Positions 28,305 to 37,226 of a stretch of 55,343 nucleotides of DNA are shown in pieces (within the stretch, counting starts at the first letter, position 1; the number at the start of each line of letters is the position of its first letter). The notes under the pieces are model-generated. The model did not search any database and was not told the origin of the DNA. It saw only the letters and a program-made list of their open reading frames with translations. The DNA comes from Pseudomonadota bacterium (GTDB taxonomy: Bacteria; Pseudomonadota; Alphaproteobacteria; MED-G09), in NCBI GenBank assembly GCA_036344135.1, contig JAYYUG010000057.1:1-55343 (forward strand), in the 5' to 3' direction. The position numbers and the translations under genes are program-made.

Positions 28305-29747
28305 TCACGAAAGAAAATAAGGTATCAAAAAAATTGAAATTAAGGCAACCACTAGAATTCCGATGATATTTAAAGCTAGACCACTAATCATCATCGATCT
28401 TATATTAATAAATCCCGAACCATAAACAATAAGATTTGGTGGCGTTGCAACGGGTAACATAAAAGCGCAACTAGCCGCTAAGGTTATAGAAGCTCCAAAA
28501 ATCAAAGGACTCTCACCTAAACCTATCGCAAGGGCAGCTATCACCGGAAGGAATACACTTGTTGTTGCGATGTTTGAAGTTAATTCGGTTAGAAAAATAA
28601 TTAATGTGACCGCAGCAAAGACAAGCGCAATTAAACCCATAGCGCCAAAAGGCTCTAAACCATTGCCGAGCCAGACAGCTAAGCCACTTTTTGCAACTGC
28701 ATTTGCAAGGCTTAAGCCCCCACCAAATAAAATTAAAAGATTCCATGGCACTTTTTGTGCAGTTTCCCAATCCATTAATTTTCCTTTTTTTGATCCATCA
28801 GGAATTAAGAATAATGTAATTGCAGCTATCATAGCTATAACATGATCAGTTAAATTTTTTAAATAAGGAATAAGTTGCAACACATCTCTGAGCATCCATG
28901 AAAGAGCTGTTAAGGCAAATATTACTGCCACCCTTTTTTCGGCAGTACTCATAGCCCCAAGTTTAAATTTTTGTTCTTCAAGATGTCTGGAAGTTTGGAT
29001 TCCTTCAGAAAAATCCGTAGAGTAAACTACCTTGGTTAAAGCAAACCATGCAAGAGGAAGCATGACGAATGTTACTGGTAAACCAACAGACATCCATTCT
29101 CTGAATCCTATTTCGATACCATAATTTACTTCAATGAAGCTTGCAAAAATAGCATTTGGTGCTGTTCCAACTAATGTAGCCATTCCTCCTATGCTTGCCG
29201 CGTAAGCAATACCCAAGAGTAATGCTTTTGAAAATCCCGAATTATTTTCCTTTAAGATATTTTGATTATTTATCAGATTGGCAACTGATATTCCGATGGG
29301 TAGCAGCATTAATGTCGTGGATGTATTCATCATCCACATTGATAAGAAAGCGCTTACCAACATAAATCCTCCGATCAATGAAGGACCACTTTTGCCAGCG
29401 AATTTCAAGATATTTAATGCTATACGTTCGTGAAGGTTAGATTTTTGAATACTTAATGCAAGTATAAACCCTCCGAGAAATAGAAAAATATTTTTGTCAG
29501 CAAAAGGCAGAGCGGTTTCTGAAAAACTTGATATTCCTAACAAAGGAAAGAAGACTAATGGAAATAAAGCGGTGACGAATAATGGTATAGCTTCTGTCGC
29601 CCATAAAATAGCCATTAAAATACCTATTGCCGCAACTTTCCATCCTTCAGGAGAGAGATTTTCGGGAATTGGAGACAACAAGATTATTGAAAAGAGAAGA
29701 AGGCCCACCAATAGACCAGGATTTAATTTTGAAAGGAAATTTTTCAT
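28305..29747 (-). CDS. DASS/SLC13-family Na+-coupled anion (di/tricarboxylate or sulfate) symporter
   Basis: 480 aa and polytopic. It contains the SNxxxT-type hairpin motifs typical of DASS permeases (TELTSNIATTSVFLP; GTAPNAI). Confidence 0.85.
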   Translation of the reverse strand: MKNFLSKLNPGLLVGLLLFSIILLSPIPENLSPEGWKVAAIGILMAILWATEAIPLFVTALFPLVFFPLLGISSFSETALPFADKNIFLFLGGFILALSIQKSNLHERIALNILKFAGKSGPSLIGGFMLVSAFLSMWMMNTSTTLMLLPIGISVANLINNQNILKENNSGFSKALLLGIAYAASIGGMATLVGTAPNAIFASFIEVNYGIEIGFREWMSVGLPVTFVMLPLAWFALTKVVYSTDFSEGIQTSRHLEEQKFKLGAMSTAEKRVAVIFALTALSWMLRDVLQLIPYLKNLTDHVIAMIAAITLFLIPDGSKKGKLMDWETAQKVPWNLLILFGGGLSLANAVAKSGLAVWLGNGLEPFGAMGLIALVFAAVTLIIFLTELTSNIATTSVFLPVIAALAIGLGESPLIFGASITLAASCAFMLPVATPPNLIVYGSGFINIRSMMISGLALNIIGILVVALISIFLIPYFLS

Positions 29748-29867
29748 AGCAAACTTACATTAATTCAATAACTATTTATAAAAGACAATTATTTAAAAGA
29801 AATAGAGTTTTTACATTTTTTATGATTTATTTATCTTTGAACTGCAACTTTTTTGAAGGAGTATCCT

Positions 29868-30902
29868 ATGGGAAATAAGCCTGTAAACAGAATGCTAAAA
29901 TTAAAAGATAGACCTATGGGGGCCGTTTCTTCTGAGAATTTTGAGTTGTTTGAGGAAGAAGTAAGGGATATCGATGAAGGACAAATGTTAATTAAAGTCC
30001 TTTATTTATCCTTTGATCCAACACAACGTGGTTGGTTAAACGATGTTCCTTCATATATGCCACCGGTCCAAATTGGTGAGGTAATGCGAGCTGGGGCAGT
30101 AGGACAAGTAGTAGAATCAAGAAATATAAATTTTAGCGAAGGTGATTTGGTGCAGGGTTCTTTTGGGTGGCAGGAATATGTAGTAACAGATGGTAGCTCT
30201 GATTTCATGCCAGCACAAAAGATTCCTGAGGGAATTCCTCCAACCTCGGCCCTAAGTATTTTTGGGGTGACAGGACTAACAGCTTATTTTGGTATGCTCG
30301 ATATTGGAAAACCACAAGAAGGGGATACGGTATTGGTATCCGGCGCCGCTGGTGCCACTGGTTCGGTTGCTGGTCAAATAGCAAAGATAAAAGGAGCGAG
30401 TAAAATTATTGGTGTTGCTGGTGGTTCAGATAAATGCAAATGGGTAGTGGAAGAGGCTGGTTATGATCATTGTATAGATTATAAGAACGAAAACGTAGGT
30501 CAAAAAATCACAGAACTTGCTCCAGAAGGTTTAAATATCTACTTTGACAATGTTGGTGGACCAATCTTAGAAAGCTCTTTAGCATGTATTGCTCAGAAGG
30601 CAAGAGTAGTTCTCTGTGGAGGAATTTCTTCAGGTTATTCAATGAAATCACTACCTCCGGGACCTTCAACATTAATGAATCTTGTTATCCAAAGGGCCCG
30701 AATGGAAGGTTTTATAGTGATAGACTACGCCGAACGTTTTCCTGATGCAATCATAGATTTAGGAGGATGGGTAAGTGAAGGAAAAATTGTTTATCGAGAA
30801 GATATAACGGAGGGATTAGAAAATTGCCCTGAAACCTTAGGAAATTTGTTTAAAGGAAAGAATCTTGGTAAACAACTTTTGAAACTTGCCGATCCCGTAT
30901 AA
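29868..30902 (+). CDS. NADP-dependent medium-chain oxidoreductase (alkenal/enone reductase, YncB/PTGR-like)
   Basis: Cofactor motif VSGAAGATGSVAGQIAKIKG and a C-terminal NLGKQLLK. I take ATG 29868, preceded by GAAGGAG at 29855-29861, as the start; the ORF track begins at TTG 29853. Confidence 0.85.
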   Translation: MGNKPVNRMLKLKDRPMGAVSSENFELFEEEVRDIDEGQMLIKVLYLSFDPTQRGWLNDVPSYMPPVQIGEVMRAGAVGQVVESRNINFSEGDLVQGSFGWQEYVVTDGSSDFMPAQKIPEGIPPTSALSIFGVTGLTAYFGMLDIGKPQEGDTVLVSGAAGATGSVAGQIAKIKGASKIIGVAGGSDKCKWVVEEAGYDHCIDYKNENVGQKITELAPEGLNIYFDNVGGPILESSLACIAQKARVVLCGGISSGYSMKSLPPGPSTLMNLVIQRARMEGFIVIDYAERFPDAIIDLGGWVSEGKIVYREDITEGLENCPETLGNLFKGKNLGKQLLKLADPV

Positions 30903-30909
30903 TCTCTAT

Positions 30910-31845
30910 TTAGAGGTGTTGTCCCAAATTTTTGACAGCTAAATAGAACTCTTCAATAGTTTCAGCTATGATTTCTTTTACTGGTTTGACCTTATCGATT
31001 CTCCCTGCTACCTGACCAGTTAGAGCAATTGATGCTTCCATATCCCCCCCAAAGTAAAGATCCAGTGCTGACCCGAACTCTTGCATAGCATTGACATCAT
31101 CTTGTCTTTCTAATTCTTCAGTTTTTTTAGTTCTAAGAGCGCGTAAAGCAGGACTAGAAAAACGATTCAGCAATAAGGTAGCCTGGTCGTCCGCAGAGAT
31201 AATCGCATTCTTCCAGTTCTCATGAACAGGCGATTCTAAAGAAGAAACCATCCTTGTTCCCATCTGCACTCCCTCTGCCCCCATGGCGAAAGCTGAGACC
31301 ATCGTTCTTCCGTCAACAAAGCCACCCGCTGCAATCACGGGAACATCAATTTTAGAACAAACCAGCGGTAAAAGGACCATTGTTGCTACTCCTTTGGGGC
31401 TTTTGAAACCTCCACCTTCAAAGCCCTCAACCACTAAACCATCTACACCCGCCTCTATTGCCTTGAGAGCCGCCGCCAGAGACGGAACTACATGAAAAAC
31501 TGTAAGACCAGCACTCTTTAATTCTGAGCAGTACCGGTTTGGATCTCCAGCAGATGTTGTGACAAATTTAACTCCTTGATCAATTACAAAATTTACTATA
31601 TCTGGGTCTTTTACAAATGCTTGGGCAATATTTACGCCAAATGGTTTTTTTGTAGTCTGGTTCATGATCTTTATTTCTTCACGGATTGCTTCTAGCTCAC
31701 CTGATGAGGTCTCAATAATTCCCAGACCTCCAGCCTCAGAAACCGCTGCAGCTAATTTTGATCTTGCAATCCACCCCATAGGAGCCTGAACTATTGGATA
31801 ATCAATTCCAAGCATATCTGTTATACGATTTTTAATGGGTTTCAT
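30910..31845 (-). CDS. Nitronate monooxygenase / FabK-like FMN oxidoreductase (NMO family)
   Basis: N-terminal YPIVQAPMGWIARSKLAAAVSEAGGLGII and the FMN-binding AAGGFVDGR segment. Confidence 0.85.
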   Translation of the reverse strand: MKPIKNRITDMLGIDYPIVQAPMGWIARSKLAAAVSEAGGLGIIETSSGELEAIREEIKIMNQTTKKPFGVNIAQAFVKDPDIVNFVIDQGVKFVTTSAGDPNRYCSELKSAGLTVFHVVPSLAAALKAIEAGVDGLVVEGFEGGGFKSPKGVATMVLLPLVCSKIDVPVIAAGGFVDGRTMVSAFAMGAEGVQMGTRMVSSLESPVHENWKNAIISADDQATLLLNRFSSPALRALRTKKTEELERQDDVNAMQEFGSALDLYFGGDMEASIALTGQVAGRIDKVKPVKEIIAETIEEFYLAVKNLGQHL

Positions 31846-31951
31846 AAAAATGCTCCAAATTAAGAATTAGACAGATGAATAAAGTATTATATGATTATCA
31901 CAAAAAACATTCTGTATAAGAAAAAATTTTTAATTTTTTTTTAAGAATTAA

Positions 31952-33325
31952 TTGAGGAAGATAGTTTTGATAAGAGACAGAATTAGAGATTTTCTTTCCA
32001 GACTGACAATCAGTGCGCCTATTCGAAACAAAATGATGAAAGAATGGTCCAGTGAAGAAAATTTTTTACATCAAAGATTAGATAAGGAAGAAACAAGGAA
32101 AAAGGAAGGAAGACCTCACGAGATTTTTTATTTTCACAAGATAGATGATCCTTATTCTCATCTAACCATCCAAATTATTGATAAATTAGAACAAAATTAC
32201 AATGTTGTTCTGACTCCGTTTTTGGTAAATGAAACGGGTGGTGATGCTATACCGGAACCAAGCATGTATCAAAAGCATTGTTTAAAAGATGCAATAGAGA
32301 TAGCACCTCATTATGGGTTAAAATTTGATTCGCAAGAGTACCCCCCTCCAGAGAATTTTATTCACGCTAATCAATATTTGTCAGGATTTGTTAAAACCCC
32401 TATCTTTCTTGAAATGACTAAGAAAGTTTCCTTCTTATTGTGGAATAATGAAGATCAAAATTTTGATAACAATGAATTTGGAAACTTATTGCCTGTTGAT
32501 CAAACATTAAATGTTTTATCTGAGGGTAATAAAAAGTTGTCCGAGTGTGGTTATTATTTTGGTTCTTCTTTTCACTACGAAGGAGAAAATTACTGGGGAA
32601 TAGATAGACTTGATCATCTCGAAGAGAGGTTAACAGAGCTTGGAGCCAAAAAGAATAATGAATCCGATTTCATCTTGAAAAGAATTGAAATAGCACCTAT
32701 ACCCCCAAAAACTGGTATTGAAAAAGAAAAGTTCAACTTAGAATTTTTTCCTTCTCTCAATAGCCCTTACACTTATATAAGCTTCAAACGAGTTCGTGAG
32801 ATGGCTAATAAATACCCTGTTAATTTAAAAGTAAGACCTGTTTTGCCAATGATTATGAGAGGAATGAAGATTCATCCAAATAAGGGAAAATATGTTTTAT
32901 CTGATGCCGCACGAGAAGGAAGGAAATACGGTACAAAAATTAAAGATATATATTCTCCAATAGGAACTCCCGCTAGAAAGGCGTATTCTCTTTTTGAAAT
33001 TATAGATAAAAATAATAAGGGTTTCGATTTTCTTGAAGAACTGACAAAAGCCTCTTTTTTTGATGGGATTAATATTGGAGATGATAAATTTTTAGAAAAA
33101 TTAATAATAAAACTTGATCTTTCATGGATAGAGGTAAAGGCAGAGCTTAATAATGATAGGTGGGAGCATCAGTTAGATGAAAATCTTAAAAATATGTATG
33201 CTGGGGATTCTTGGGGAGTCCCGACGCTAAAATTAACAAACAAAGATGGTAGCGATCCATATTATAAATGGGGTCAGGATAGACTTTGGTTAATAGAGAA
33301 TGAAATAGTAAAAAGAATGAATTAA
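31952..33325 (+). CDS. Tandem two-domain DsbA-like / 2-hydroxychromene-2-carboxylate isomerase family protein
   Basis: Two copies of the family's N-terminal signature: FYFHKIDDPYSHL at about residue 60 and LEFFPSLNSPYTYISF at about residue 265. The C-terminal GVPTL...WGQDRL resembles the HCCA-isomerase tail. The start codon (TTG 31952) is uncertain. Confidence 0.65.
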   Translation: MRKIVLIRDRIRDFLSRLTISAPIRNKMMKEWSSEENFLHQRLDKEETRKKEGRPHEIFYFHKIDDPYSHLTIQIIDKLEQNYNVVLTPFLVNETGGDAIPEPSMYQKHCLKDAIEIAPHYGLKFDSQEYPPPENFIHANQYLSGFVKTPIFLEMTKKVSFLLWNNEDQNFDNNEFGNLLPVDQTLNVLSEGNKKLSECGYYFGSSFHYEGENYWGIDRLDHLEERLTELGAKKNNESDFILKRIEIAPIPPKTGIEKEKFNLEFFPSLNSPYTYISFKRVREMANKYPVNLKVRPVLPMIMRGMKIHPNKGKYVLSDAAREGRKYGTKIKDIYSPIGTPARKAYSLFEIIDKNNKGFDFLEELTKASFFDGINIGDDKFLEKLIIKLDLSWIEVKAELNNDRWEHQLDENLKNMYAGDSWGVPTLKLTNKDGSDPYYKWGQDRLWLIENEIVKRMN

Positions 33326-34338
33326 CCTCCGGTAACAGACATATGCCTATTTACTGCAGGTTTTTGATCTTTTTCTGATATTAAAAAATCGTGTTTCTCT
33401 GGCTTTCTTCTCATGGCAATATCTATTGCTTTATCAAAAAGTTTAACATCTTTCGTTCGAATGATATCTCGAAAATCAATATTATCATTTTGACCTAGAC
33501 ACATATAAAGCATTCCTGTGGCGGTAACTCGTATGCGATTACAGCTGCTACAAAAATTGTTTGATAATGGTGTAATTAGGCCTAACCTTCCCTTCGTTTC
33601 TTCTAAAAAGAAATACTTTGATGGGCCTGCAGTTTCATAGTTACTTTCTTCAAACGTAAAGTGTTTATCAAGAATTTTACGCATACTAGTTAATGAAAAA
33701 TACTGATTAAATCGGTTTCCTTCAATTTCTCCCATTGGCATGGTCTCGATGAGACTGATATCAAATTTTTCCGAATGAGCCCATTTAATGATTTTAGGTA
33801 TTTCATCGATGTTTTCATCTTTTAAAACCACAGTATTTATTTTGATTTTAATTCCTGCATTTTTTGCAGCATAAATACCTTTCAAAACTTGATCAAGATT
33901 ATCTCTACGTGTGATTTTATGAAATCTTTCCTTATTCATGCTATCTAAAGAAACATTAATTCTCTTAATGCCGTTTACAAAGAGTTGATTAGCGGATTCC
34001 TCTAAGAGGCTTCCATTGGTTGTCATGGTAATCTCTTCCAATTGTCTATTACCAAGATATAAGGACAAGCCTTTAATAAAGTCCAAAATTCCTTTCCGCA
34101 CTAAGGGTTCACCGCCCGTGATTCTAATTTTACGAATTCCACGACTTATAAATTTTTCACATAAAGAAGTCATTTCTTCAAAGGTCAAAATATCTTTTTT
34201 TGGAAGAAACTTCATTCTTTCAGGCATACAATAGGTACAACGAAAATTGCATCTATCCGTTACAGAGATTCTTAAATAATCTATCCGTCTGCCATAGCTA
34301 TCAAGAAGACCATCATTATAATTTAATTTTTTAAGCAT
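33322..34338 (-). CDS. moaA: GTP 3',8-cyclase (molybdenum cofactor biosynthesis protein A)
   Basis: Radical-SAM cluster motif CNFRCTYCMP, the C-terminal Cys cluster CSSCNRIRVTATGMLYMCL, and a terminal GG. Confidence 0.93.
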   Translation of the reverse strand: MLKKLNYNDGLLDSYGRRIDYLRISVTDRCNFRCTYCMPERMKFLPKKDILTFEEMTSLCEKFISRGIRKIRITGGEPLVRKGILDFIKGLSLYLGNRQLEEITMTTNGSLLEESANQLFVNGIKRINVSLDSMNKERFHKITRRDNLDQVLKGIYAAKNAGIKIKINTVVLKDENIDEIPKIIKWAHSEKFDISLIETMPMGEIEGNRFNQYFSLTSMRKILDKHFTFEESNYETAGPSKYFFLEETKGRLGLITPLSNNFCSSCNRIRVTATGMLYMCLGQNDNIDFRDIIRTKDVKLFDKAIDIAMRRKPEKHDFLISEKDQKPAVNRHMSVTGG

Positions 34339-34471
34339 GCTTCAACAATACGAAATATAATATAAACGTGATCGTGTATTTGCGATAGTAAATTCAAATG
34401 AATAAGAAGAGAAATTACAAATCAAGAATTGATCATAAGCAAGATTCGTGCCAAAAATATAAAATTATCCA

Positions 34472-35920
34472 TTGGAGGAATACTTGTCTAAGATCTCTTT
34501 AGTTCAAGAGGTAAAGCAATCGCAGAAGATGGTATTGACGCCTCAATTACTGCAAGCCATAAAACTTTTGGAACTTAATAATATTGAATTAGGTGAGTAT
34601 CTTGACCAAGAAGTTATCGACAACCCTTTTCTAGAGAATGATGTTGCAATAACTGAAGACAATGATATCCCAGAAAGAAGAGAGGATAGCAAGACAAGTG
34701 ATGAGAAAATTATTACCAATGAGGAAAGCCTAGAGTTTTCGCAGGAGGAAAGCGCTATAACTGATGAGACAAACCTTTATAGTTCGGCGTATTCTTTCGA
34801 AAATGAATCCAATAATTTTCTACTTGATACATTAGCCTCTAAGACAAATCTTTTTGAGAGCTTAAGAGAGCAAGTTATTTTTTCTATTTTAAAGCCTGAG
34901 GAAAGAATAGTTGCATATGCCTTAATAGAATATCTTGAACCTTCAGGTATTCTAAAGATTTCGCTCAGAGACTTGTCTTCTGAATTAAATATTTCTCAAA
35001 AAACAGTTGATTCCGTTTTGTGTATATTAAAAAAATTTGATCCAGTTGGGATTTTTTCCCAGTCTCTTGAAGAATGTCTTGGGACACAACTAAATGAAAT
35101 GGGATATTTGGATGAAGCTATGGTTACATTGCTCGACAATTTGGATTTACTTGCAAGAGGGGATATAAAAAAAATTTCTAAGGTCTGTTTTGTTGATGAA
35201 AAGAAAATAAAAGAAATGGTTACTTTTATACGCAAGTGTAAACCACATCCGATTGACACTTATGATAACGATTTTGAGGATAAAATGCCTCCTGACATTA
35301 TTGCAAAAAAGGAAGGAAGAAAATGGATAGTTTCTTTAAATGAAGAAACATTACCAAAAGTTATTCTTTTATCAGGTTATTGGGAAGAACTATCAAGAAA
35401 GAAGATTTCTAAGGAAGATAAAAGATATCTCTCTGGACATTACGCCTCGGGAAAGTGGTTAACAAGAGCCCTTGAACAGAGGGCAGCAACAATTTTAAGA
35501 GTTGCAAGAGAAGTTATGAAAAGACAACGACCTTTTCTCGATCATGGTTTAATGCATTTAAAACCAATGATATTAAAGGATATTGCAGAAGAGTTGGGTT
35601 TGCATGAAAGTACAGTATCAAGAATAACCAATTCAAAGGTGATATCAACACCGAGAGGCTCCTTCGAACTAAAATTCTTTTTCTCTAAAGCTGTTGAGAG
35701 CTCTTCGATAGAAGATCAATTATCTGCCAGTGTCGTTAAGGAGAAAATTGCTGAATTAATTAGAAATGAAGGAGATAGAGTATTATCAGATAACAATTTA
35801 AAAGGTTTATTAAAAGATGATCGAATAGATGTAGCGAGAAGGACTATTACTAAATATAGAGAGGCAATGAACCTGCCACCGTCTTTTGAAAGAAAACGAA
35901 TGAAAAGACTAGAGGTTTAA
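34472..35920 (+). CDS. rpoN: RNA polymerase sigma-54 factor
   Basis: Region I LTPQLLQAIKLLEL, an acidic region II, an HTH, and the RpoN box ARRTITKYREAMNLP. Both candidate starts are TTG and in frame: 34472, or 34484 preceded by GGAGGA at 34474-34479. Confidence 0.93.
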   Translation: MEEYLSKISLVQEVKQSQKMVLTPQLLQAIKLLELNNIELGEYLDQEVIDNPFLENDVAITEDNDIPERREDSKTSDEKIITNEESLEFSQEESAITDETNLYSSAYSFENESNNFLLDTLASKTNLFESLREQVIFSILKPEERIVAYALIEYLEPSGILKISLRDLSSELNISQKTVDSVLCILKKFDPVGIFSQSLEECLGTQLNEMGYLDEAMVTLLDNLDLLARGDIKKISKVCFVDEKKIKEMVTFIRKCKPHPIDTYDNDFEDKMPPDIIAKKEGRKWIVSLNEETLPKVILLSGYWEELSRKKISKEDKRYLSGHYASGKWLTRALEQRAATILRVAREVMKRQRPFLDHGLMHLKPMILKDIAEELGLHESTVSRITNSKVISTPRGSFELKFFFSKAVESSSIEDQLSASVVKEKIAELIRNEGDRVLSDNNLKGLLKDDRIDVARRTITKYREAMNLPPSFERKRMKRLEV

Positions 35921-37122
35921 GTCTTTATTATCTTTCTTTCTTCTAAAACTTTTATGTCTTCATTATTGTAGCCAAGTTCAGTTAGAATAGAATAGGTATT
36001 GGCTCCAATTTCCGGAGCCATTTCTGGTTCTTTTTTTTCTTCGTCCGACATGTAAAGTGGACTGTCGACAGTAAATAATCCCTTATTATCGGAATACTCT
36101 TTAAAAAAATTATTTTCACGTATTTGCGTATCGTTAATGTGGTCATTTGGTTCTGAAATTGGACCAAATGTTACACCAGAGTCTTTAAAAAGATTTTCAA
36201 GGTCTTTCCAGTTAAATTTTACAAATTCTTTGTCCAAAATTTCCAATAATTCAAGAGAGTTGGAGGCTCTATCCGGTCTGGTACTAAACCTCTCATCTAC
36301 CATAAGGTCCTCTCTCTTTATACATTCTAGCATTAATGGCCACTCCTTTTCTTCGTTCAGTATTACTAGAAGGAACCATCTCCCATCCTTGCATCTGTAC
36401 CTTTCAGCCAACGCTCCTTTAGTTCCTCTTTCCTGAGTATCAATAAAGGTTGCATCGCTTAACGCTGCCTGAACGTAGATCCCATTTGACCAAAGACCAT
36501 TTGAAAGGAGTGATGAACCTACTTCGGAGCCTTTTCCAGTTATATTTCTTTTATATAAAGCGAGCATTAGTGCTCCAAAGAATGCCGATGCAGTGGGATG
36601 ATCACCCATTCCAGGAACGGATCCGTTAGGTATCGAATCCGAATTCTCTCTTATCGAGTGCATCATTCCAGACCTTGCCCACCAAGCCGTCGCATCATAT
36701 CCTGTTCTATCTTTTTCCGGTCCATTTTCCCCATAAGGTGTCAAAGATCCATAAATGAGGCGATCATTTTTTTTCATGACGTCAGGTGCAGTTATTTTTA
36801 ACTTTTGTCTTATTGGAAAAGGGTAATTAGTGATAAATATATCTGCTTCCATAATTAATTTATTTAAAATTTTTTGTGCTTCCTTTTCTTTTAAATCCAT
36901 AGCGAGACTTTCTTTATTCCTACTTGTTAGGGTCCAAGGATAGTTTCCGCCGCCCTCAGGTAAGCCCGGAAGTCTGATTAATCCTCTATAGCTATCTCCG
37001 GCATCCGGTGGTTCTATCTTTACAACTCTTGCACCAAAATCCGACATAATTGTTGCTGCTGCCGGCCCCGCTATATAGCTGGCACAATCGATAACTAGAA
37101 TATCTTCTAATATATGGTTCAT
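35917..37122 (-). CDS. Family III CoA-transferase (CaiB/BaiF family)
   Basis: ILVIDCASYIAGPAAATIMSDFGARVVKIEPP plus the SRNKESL and TNYPF motifs. I prefer ATG 37122 (MNHILEDILVID...) over the ORF-track start 37179, which would leave only 14 nt to the divergent gene. Confidence 0.88.
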   Translation of the reverse strand: MNHILEDILVIDCASYIAGPAAATIMSDFGARVVKIEPPDAGDSYRGLIRLPGLPEGGGNYPWTLTSRNKESLAMDLKEKEAQKILNKLIMEADIFITNYPFPIRQKLKITAPDVMKKNDRLIYGSLTPYGENGPEKDRTGYDATAWWARSGMMHSIRENSDSIPNGSVPGMGDHPTASAFFGALMLALYKRNITGKGSEVGSSLLSNGLWSNGIYVQAALSDATFIDTQERGTKGALAERYRCKDGRWFLLVILNEEKEWPLMLECIKREDLMVDERFSTRPDRASNSLELLEILDKEFVKFNWKDLENLFKDSGVTFGPISEPNDHINDTQIRENNFFKEYSDNKGLFTVDSPLYMSDEEKKEPEMAPEIGANTYSILTELGYNNEDIKVLEERKIIKT

Positions 37123-37226
37123 TTTTCCCGTTATATGATTTACTTTAAAAATGTTAAAATTTTTTTTCAATATATGCAATTGAACCTTTTCTAATGCATG
37201 TTTATTCTAAATTAAGAAAGATCAAA

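Noticed and set aside
28746-28761. Sigma-54-like promoter TGGCAC-TTTTT-GTGCA (GG-N10-GC spacing) on the plus strand
   Set aside because: It lies inside the DASS permease coding sequence, antisense to it, about 1.1 kb from the next plus-strand gene. It has G instead of T before the GC. It is most likely a chance match.
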